The position numbers were made by a program, and so were the translations under genes. From assembly GCF_009914755.1 (NCBI RefSeq), contig NC_060933.1: 64,000 nucleotides of DNA. The stretch is one strand, 5' to 3'. Origin of the DNA: the human T2T-CHM13v2.0 reference genome, Homo sapiens. The stretch's first letter is position 1. Each line of letters opens with the position of its first letter. Positions 55,382 through 64,000 of the stretch are shown in pieces. The notes under the pieces were generated by a model that saw only the letters and a list, made by a program, of their open reading frames with translations, had not been told where the DNA came from and made no database searches.

Positions 55382-56771
55382 CTCGGCAACAGTTCTAACC
55401 AAACATTTTAGGCAAGGGGTCTCTAAATGAGGCATTTATGTTTCCATGGTGGGACCCTTTTTGAAACATCTTCAGAGCAATTGAGATTCACATTCTCAAT
55501 TGTGTCTGTGGGACGGGCAGGGCAGGTGAGGATCTGAGACTCTGAAAATGGCACGTGTGACACGGCTAACAAGTGGCAGGACTGGAATTCAGGACTCCCA
55601 ACTCCAAGCTTGGCCTTTCCTCTACTGGACATGGCCACCTCTGAAGTGGCTGAGTGTGGTTTTTGAGTGGAAACAAAACAGCTTGCTTGGTTAGCCACAG
55701 CCCACTGAGTATAGGAAGGCTCAGGAACTCCTGGGACTGGGCTGAGCCCCAGGTGATTGATTATACGGAGTAATCCAGGGACATTTGTCCTCCAGTCTGC
55801 AGCTGCCTCCCAGAAGAATCAGATGGCCCCTCATGTCCTCTCGCAATGGATAAAAGATGGCCCAGTGCACACCAGTCGCCTCCTGGTAGAAGCCACCAGA
55901 CTGGCCAGCACACGAGAGCAGCAGCCCAGGCAGCTCTGAACAAGCCTGGAGCTCCCTGCTGGGGAGCTTCCTCTTCCTGGGGAGCATGGCTGGACAAGAG
56001 GCTCAGATCTTCAAACCTGACTAGGGCCCTCCATGTTCATTAACTGGCAGCAAAGGGAGAAAGTTTGGAGGGATGCCACAGGTACCCCCGATCTGCTCAC
56101 CCTCCCAGTGCCTGGGCAGTTCCAGAGCCTCATGGGGTGCCCACGGTGGAACAGCTTGCCTTCTGTGCTGGCCCGTGCTTCCTTACATGCACAGGAGTCC
56201 TTAGCACACGAGTGTTTTCTAGAAGAGGAAGGTGCCATGTCTGAAACAGAGTGGCTCTGTTTAAAGCCATCCTCCACTTCAATGGCACTTGTTTTCCTTG
56301 GGCCCTCCCCGGCCAAGGCTGGGTTGTAAGTCACTCTACACAGTTAGGCCCATTATGCCAATCAAGTCCACAGATGGCTGTGCACAGACCATGTCCTGTG
56401 CTTTGATTGAGTCCCTCCTTTCTGGGAGGTCTATGTTGAAGCCAAAGAAGAAAGAAAAAAATACAAGAGACTGTCAGCAGAGAGAGCAAACACCCTGAGT
56501 ACAAGCCTGTCCCTGCTGCGCGGGGCTGCTGTGGAAAAGAAAGGTCCCTGCACCCCAGGGTGGGGAGGTGGTGGAGTGGGCGCTGGGCTGCTGGTGAGCA
56601 TCTAAGGAGGAAGTAAAAGCATCTGTGTGGGAGATGGTGCCTTCCACGCCCAAAACCAGGGCCCTGCCACAGCAGGGAGGAGGGTTAACCCTGCCCCCAA
56701 GGAGGGTCATTCTGGTTCCTAGAGACCTGCTAGGATCGGAAGTTCTAGTCACAAGGGAAGGTGTCACTCAC

Positions 56772-56974
56772 CAGCTGCCGCTGCTTGGGGGGTAGGGCGG
56801 GCGGCGGGGCCAGCTCCTGCACGGAGTCCACCCCACTGAAGGAGTCGCTGAAGCCGTATACCTCCATGAGGAGCTTGTTCTTCTGCTGGTAGATGTGCTC
56901 GTTCTGTGGCGTCTGGTAGAACATAGAGGGCTGCGGCTCCGAGTAGTCCTCCAGCAACTGCATGTAGGCCAGCA
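56772..56974 (-). CDS. RAPGEF1: RAPGEF1 exon, 203 nt: (M)LAYMQLLEDY...PPPALPPKQRQL (autoinhibitory region, P4)
   Basis: Acceptor TTTCACAG|TG, donor CTG|GTGAGT; phase 1 to 0; ORF 56745..56975. Confidence 0.96.
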
Positions 56975-57746
56975 CTGTGAAACAAGGGAGAAAGCTGCAG
57001 CGAGGCCGGGGGAGGCCACATCAGGGAACCCCTCCCCCGATTCTTCCCACAGCAGCTAGGGGGCTTTCCACTGAAAGCACCTCAGAGAGGGACGAACAGA
57101 CGGAGCACGGAGGACTTTTCGGGCAATGAAATCACACTCTGTCTGATGCGCTAACGGAGGAGACACGTCCAGACCGGCAGACGCGCAACACCAATGGGGA
57201 ACCCTAATGTGAACTGGGGACTCAAGCGAGGGCACATGGCGGGTGCAGGGATGGCAAGTCTCAGCTACCTCCTGAGCAGGCACTTTCCCCTCGAGGCATG
57301 TCGCAAGTGCCACGAGCAGCTGCCAGGTGGAGCTGAGATTCAGATGCCAAGAAAAAGTGGTGGCTCTGCAGTGCTAAATTTTGTATCTTCAAATAAGCAC
57401 AAAGCCAGAGGCTTCTCTGCAAACCCCAACTAGTCAACAAATCAAGAAAGGCCAGACACTGAGCTGAGGAAGACAGTCACAGAGGTAGGGAGTTTATTTC
57501 TTCCCTGAGCCACACTGGGGGTCCAGGTATAGAGGAAATGCTCTCTCTCCAGGAGTGTCACTGAAGGAAAGTGTTCAAAGTCACCTTCTTTATTTAAAAG
57601 AATATGTAAGAATTTCTTACTAGCTCCAACAAGCACCGAGCAGAACTTGGTTGTAAAAGATGCACAGGAAGAAATGGTTCCCCTCTGAGGTCAGCTGCTG
57701 CTACTGAAAGGGCAGCTCACAGCCCCTTGAGCTTGTCTCACACTTC

Positions 57747-58043
<297 letters not shown>

Positions 58044-58157
58044 CCACACTTCCTCTTTAATGCTGCACAACCAATGTCACCAGGCTCCAGACGAAGAGGC
58101 AAGCCTAGGAAGGTGATCCCAAGCACCCACAAACTGCTCCCTAAAAAGACTAAATAT

Positions 58158-58410
58158 GACCGGGCGCACTGGCTCATGCCTACAATCCCAGTGCTTTGGG
58201 AGGCTGAGGGAGGAGGGTCACTTGAGGCTAGTTCAACACCAGCCTGGGCAACATAGTGAGACCCCCGTCTCTAAAAAGAAAAAAGAAAAGAAAAAAATTA
58301 GCAATGGTGGTATGTGCCTATGGTCCCAGCTATTCAAGAGGCTGAGGTGGGGGGATCCCTTGAACCCAGGAGTTCAAGGTTGCAGTGAGCTATGGAAAAA
58401 AGAAAAAGAT
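58158..58410 (+). mobile_element. Alu (J-like, 3' truncated)
   Basis: Consensus. Confidence 0.82.
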
Positions 58411-59124
58411 TAAACACAACCATCTCTGCCTGACTTTTCTGTAAAACTGTGATCTCTTCAGGAGGTCTTTCTGAACTCTTGATGTTGAAGTCCTTGTAGA
58501 CACCTGCTAGCCAAGCACAGAACAGCAGTGATGCTCCCAGCCTTCTAGAAATGAGGAGGACCCAGTCCATTTCAAAAGCAGCCCAGAGGCTGATTTTAGA
58601 GGCCTTGCTCCTAACACAGCCAGCATTGCTGGGAAGGTTCAGCCGCCAGTGCTCAGGGCCTGGGACTGTGGGGATTTCAGGTGCCGGACAGTGATCACAA
58701 GGCTCGTCTGGCACAAGGGACTCATGGGGCTGCTCCGGGCAAGAGGGGCTGGGGACCCTCACGATGTCAGTGCATCCCAAATGATGAGGACACGTCGTGA
58801 CATTGGGACTGAGCGTGCATGAACTCAGGCCAGCGTTAGCCACGCGGCCAGGGTGATGATTCTTTCCTTCTTTCCCTCAAAGCAATTTTGAGGCATTTTC
58901 CACAAGGTCACCTGAGGGTCCCCTCGGGGAGTGAACAGCAGACTGGGGACAAGGATGAGGCTCAGGGTGCCTAAGTTTGGGGCTCTTTCACAGGGTACGG
59001 AGAAGACCAACCCCTGCACAGGGGTCAATACTGTAAACTGGATGGGATCTCAAGGAAGGAGGGCTGAATCTCTTCCTCCTCGGCTTGGGAGGAAGTGTAA
59101 CAGGCTTGTACAACTCAGGCCAGG

Positions 59125-59310
59125 CTCTCAGTCCCAGATCTGTGCCCCACTTGCTTGTTGATCTTGGGCAATACTCAGTTCTTCTGAGCTCCAGTTTCTC
59201 TACCTATGAAATTGGAGGTAATAGAGCCTGCCTTGCAGGTGGCTGTCAGGACTACCTTCCATAGGGCATGTGAAGCTTTAGCTCAGGGCACACCATGGCT
59301 GTAGCTCAGG
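59125..59310 (+). mobile_element. MIR
   Basis: tcttgggcaa...cagtttctctacctatgaaattggagg core. Confidence 0.7.
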
Positions 59311-60897
59311 AGTTTTTTAGAGGTTTGCAGGCTCCAGTGCTGGAGACAGTGATGAATTGGTTAAAGCCTCAAAATGGTGGCCTAAATTAATAGGGATTTT
59401 CAGCCACTTGAGACTGTTTGAAAGGAAACAATGGCTACCCCTCCCTTTCCTTCTCCCCTCTATAGACCCTGCATGAGGACCGCCGCCCACACTTGTTCTA
59501 GGAGCTGGAAGGGTAAGGCTCTCTGGCATCTGCTGCAGCTTGCAAGGATGCCATCCTGCCCAGTGTCTGAGCTCAGAGGACCCCTCCCCTAGGGAAGGAA
59601 AGGGGGTGAACCTGAATGGCACGCAGCCCAAGATAACAGGGGTGGAGGGGGAGGCCAACAGCTCTTTAAACACTTGTCCATGCAGAGGGAGGGGAAGAGA
59701 AGGAAATGCTTCTGGCAGTGCCATTGCACACCCCTCTGCGGGAGCCCTGGTTTCTGATGAGCAAATATACACGACAGATGGGGATGACATCATTAGTCCC
59801 ACAGAGCCAGCTCTCCCTCTAGCTGGGGGACCACACTGCTGAGGCCATCACACAAGCTGGGCAACACCCACTGAGGAGCTGGGGATACATGACATCATCG
59901 CAGCCGCCGCCTTCTGTGGACCACGCAGCCAGCCCTCAGGGCGATCCTTGCTGGACTGAACCAAGCCAGGTCTTCCCTTCTTTGAGAATGGGGCCCAGCT
60001 CTAAGCTGGGCTCAGAAGCTCTCATTTGGGAATTTGGAGTAGAGATTCCATTTCTAGGTCATAGAAGTTCTCTGCTGGATGTGTCAACTGAGGCCAGGGA
60101 AGCCTGGGGCTGTGTGGCTAATGTGACCACACACATTGAAACGGTGACAGCTGTGCTGCCAAGAAAATCGAAGCAGAACTATGCTAGTGAAGCAGGGAGA
60201 GGGCGGGGACAGAGGGGGCCAGGCAAGTCCCAGAAGTGTGGAGCAGTTAGGGGAGCTAGGAGAAAACCGAATTTCCAGGAGAACTCTCCTTATTACTTTT
60301 ATGACAGATTTACCGTTGGAAAATATTCAAAACTTCAGCTCCAACCCTGGGCTCCAATAACATCATATATTAAAATGTCTGGTCCAAGAAGTGTGCTGAA
60401 TTACTCCTGCTGGGCAACCCCAGCTTCCAAGTCATTCTGGGAGCATGAACAGAGACAGTGTGCTCTAGACAGGGATCCTTAGACAATCACTCTGTGGAAA
60501 CTAGGCAAGTTCTGCTGAAATTCACGTATCCACCTCGCTCTACACAGATGTTGCTGCAATGCTGTCCTGCGTGCCAGGACACTCGTTCCCCTCTGTCACT
60601 GTGATCAGGCCAGAAGGTCAACTGCTGCCATCTAAAGAGGAGAATCCCTCAGGCTACATGGAGACCGGACCTGAGATTGTATAGAAACTGTAAAGGAGAG
60701 GTCAGCTGATGAGGCTTTAAAAATGATCACGTGTAATGACAAAACCTGGCTCCCAGAAGTGTCCACATACCTGGCTGGCCTATCTTTTATGAAATAATGA
60801 GGCCACTGATTTGATTCTGGTCTAATGCTGAAATAAAACATACTGCCATTTCAGGTTATAAAATGCACTTCCTGACAACAGTGCAACAAAGGCTTAC

Positions 60898-61398
60898 TGT
60901 GTTTGTTTTTCTTCTCTGGTAGAGGAGGTGGTTTTTCTGGGTCACCGGTTGACTCAGGAGCAGTAAAATCACCCACAAATTCGACAGGGGCTGAGGAACC
61001 TCCATGCTGAAAGGGCAGAATAGCAGCAAAGGGCGCGTAGGGGACGGATGGGATCGGGGCTGTGCTCTGCAGGTCCTCCCCAGAGATGTTGTCATACTGC
61101 GAGGGATGCCGCTCGTAGGACACCCTGCAGCCAGAGCCGTCCGCCGTCTGGGAGGCTGCGCTCCTGCGCTTCTTCTCGGGGAGAGCAGGTGGCGTATCTG
61201 TCTGCTGCCCTGGGGCCAGAGGTCCGTCTGGCTGGGGATGGCCGCCAAGAGGCAGCTGGAAAGGAGGGCCAAGAAATGGAGACCCAGACTCCCCCAAAGA
61301 CTCTGGCAACGGGCTAAGGTTCCAGGCCGTCTGCTGAGGTATCTGGTCTGCGTTAGAGAGGTCTTGCTGGAGGAATTCATAGTCGGGATCATAGTGGT
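60898..61398 (-). CDS. RAPGEF1: RAPGEF1 exon, 501 nt: (D)HYDPDYEF...PPALPEKKRR...VPY504APF...PPPLPEKKNKH (P2, Y504, P3)
   Basis: Acceptor ACTGCAG|AC, donor ACA|GTAAGC; phase 1 to 1; overlaps ORF 60851..61309. Confidence 0.96.
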
Positions 61399-61796
61399 CT
61401 GCAGTTACAACAGGGGAAAAAGAGACCCGTTAGCCACAGGCCCTGCAGGAGCAGCCAGCTCCCCCCGCCCGCCTCTCGCCGGCTCGCTCATGGGTGTGTG
61501 ACAAAGACCTGTCTCCAGGGCTTATTTTATATTCACATGTTATATTCTTCATTCTTCTCCCTGATTATAAAAGCAAACCAGATGGGAATATGGCTGTTTG
61601 CTATACTTTTATTTTTTACATTTCTTATTTAAAAAAAAAATACACAACCATTACGGAAACCGTGGCAAATTACATCAAGAAAATAAAAATCACCCACAGT
61701 ACCATAATCTAACTGTACTTTCTATTTACATTTTGAAGTATTTCCTTAAATGACTTTTTTGCCTATACAATTCCTTTTTGAAAAAGCCTAACTGAG

Positions 61797-62225
<429 letters not shown>

Positions 62226-62639
62226 CTATGTAAATGGTCCTGTACTTTTTCTAGTTATCAATATGAGTGATTTTTAATAGCTACAGATTATTCCAGCAAA
62301 TGAATGTACCATAATTCATCTGATTTCCTACCAATGAAAATCTTGCTATTAATCACTGATTATGCTCCTAGGATACATTCTCAGAAGTGAAAATATCTAG
62401 TTCACAGGATACGAACAGCTTCCTGCTCTCTAAGCCCCCTGCCCAGCAGACTCGGAGGGGCCCGCACAGTACACATTCAGCACTGACTAACGAGAAGGCC
62501 GGCTCGCGCGGCTCCCTCCCCTTCAGCCTCTGTCAAGTGTTGTCAGGACCCCCACCCCTTTGTTTAAAGCTCTCAACACAAATGGCTCTTAATTTTGGTA
62601 AAGAGAGTCAAATTACTCACTGACAGATGAACTAACAGT

Positions 62640-62830
62640 CACCGCTTGAATATCTAGGCTGTGGTTTTACATTGTGATTTCATTTACATGCTCAACTTCC
62701 TTGGGAGGCAGATACTGTTATCCATATTTTGCAGATGAGGAAGCTGAGGCTCAGATTTTAAACAAGTCAGCCAAAGCCACGTAGTCAATGATTGCATGAC
62801 CTGGGACTCCCACCCAGGACTGTAATGGCC
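62640..62830 (-). mobile_element. MIR
   Basis: attttgcagatgaggaagctgaggctcaga core. Confidence 0.75.
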
Positions 62831-62880
62831 CCAGAGAAGCCACCGAGACACGATGGAACAGGAGGATGGTGGCGGCTCAC

Positions 62881-63064
62881 CTAGTGTTTCACAGCTTGTG
62901 TTCCGGGAGCACTGCCCACTGTCCCTGTCCAGAGAGGACAGCTGCTCGTCTGACTTGCTGAGCTTGCCTATGCTGCTGCAGGGGGAGAGGCGGGGCGACT
63001 CTCCACCATATGAGTGGCTGCCTCCTGACAGTCGCCTCTGTGCGTAACAGTCAACATCAAAATC
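62881..63064 (-). CDS. RAPGEF1: RAPGEF1 exon, 184 nt: DFDVDCYAQRR...RNTSCETL
   Basis: Acceptor CACTTGAG|GAT, donor TAG|GTGAGC; phase 0 to 1. Confidence 0.95.
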
Positions 63065-63516
63065 CTCAAGTGGAAAAAGAAAAACAAAGCCAAATCACTT
63101 CTGAGAAACGGTGGCACAGACCAGGGGTGAGGCAACCGGTGCATTTACTTAGAGAAGGAAATACTGCCAGGCGAACTCAGAAACCACCTCTGACGTCAGT
63201 AGTCGAAGGACACATACAGCTGAGAAGCAGCCATCTGGAGTTTGTGGGGGGTGTGGCCAGGGAGGGCCCTGGGGCTGGACTCACCTATCCCCAGGAGACG
63301 CCCTTTGGCTCTGCCCTCCCTGCCCTGACCCTTATCCCCATATGGGAACTTGGACCGTGTCCTGGAGAGAGAGGGATGGGTACAAGGTCTCGCACTCCTC
63401 GATGTGACAAACACCAGCGCCTGAAGACCATGGGTTTCTTTCAGCTTCAGGAGCCACATCCCTGAGCCCCCCACCCCCTCCCTGCCTTCCCATGCAGGGA
63501 ACAGGGGCTGCATTAC

Positions 63517-63640
63517 CTGCCTATTGATTCCAACAGGCAAACTGGAGCCACTGGTGGCTCGGCTCATGGGGGCCACCACAGCCACTCGGGTAGGGGACGG
63601 CGCCGACTGTCTTTTCTTGGGTGGCAATGCTGGTGGAGGA
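63517..63640 (-). CDS. RAPGEF1: RAPGEF1 exon, 124 nt: PPPALPPKKRQ...VAPMSRATSGSSLPVGINRQ (Crk SH3 motif P1)
   Basis: Acceptor TGTTTCAG|T, donor CAG|GTAATG; phase 2 to 0. Confidence 0.95.
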
Positions 63641-64000
63641 CTGAAACAGACCGAAACGTCCAGGCAGACCAAACCACACTCACCAAAGCTCTTCAGCGTG
63701 ATATTGGGGTACAGGATGTGGGGTTCTTTCATTACTAGACTCTCCACACCCAATGTTCACACTTCAACTCCTGCCTACTCCCCTCCGCCAAAATAAAACC
63801 TGTAAATACCAAATGAACAAAAAAGAACAACCCTTTCTTTTTCTTTCATAATAAATCATACCATGTCTCCCTGGGCTGAGGGCACAAGGAGGCCTTCAGG
63901 AGAGCTCAGGGTGGCCAGCGAGGGCCGGCGGGGTGGGGACAGCTCCAGAGTCAGCCTCCCAAGGGGGGCCAAGCCCTCAGCGCTGAGGGGAAAGGGCCCG

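Overview
Human (primate) genomic DNA holding the 3' two-thirds of RAPGEF1 (C3G, the Crk-SH3-binding Rap1 GEF) on the minus strand. I traced 20 coding exons by hand. The 17 constitutive exons total 2392 nt and splice into one frame ending ...TDREEKT-stop, matching residues ~282-1077 of canonical C3G as I recall it. Three symmetric phase-0 cassette exons (54028-54183/54186, 39910-40167, 38940-39032) lie between Pro-rich motif P4 and the REM domain. A ~2.7 kb 3'UTR ends after AATAAA at 11763-11768. Positions 1-9.7 kb are intergenic: old L1 fragments densely interrupted by Alus. Notable items: an AT-AC U12-type intron inside REM (24954-27073); a ~1.15 kb array of ~27 copies of an Alu 3' end plus (CA)n tail inside one pair of target-site duplications, which on the pre-mRNA strand reads as repeated CAG|GT sites in UG repeats; a cassette exon with an acidic YVN motif; a stop-free in-frame 105-nt intron; a CpG-dense MIR; and several minisatellites and duplications. 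I found no novel multi-gene system. Nearly all other ORFs in the track are repeat-derived or chance ORFs. Repeat boundaries are approximate.
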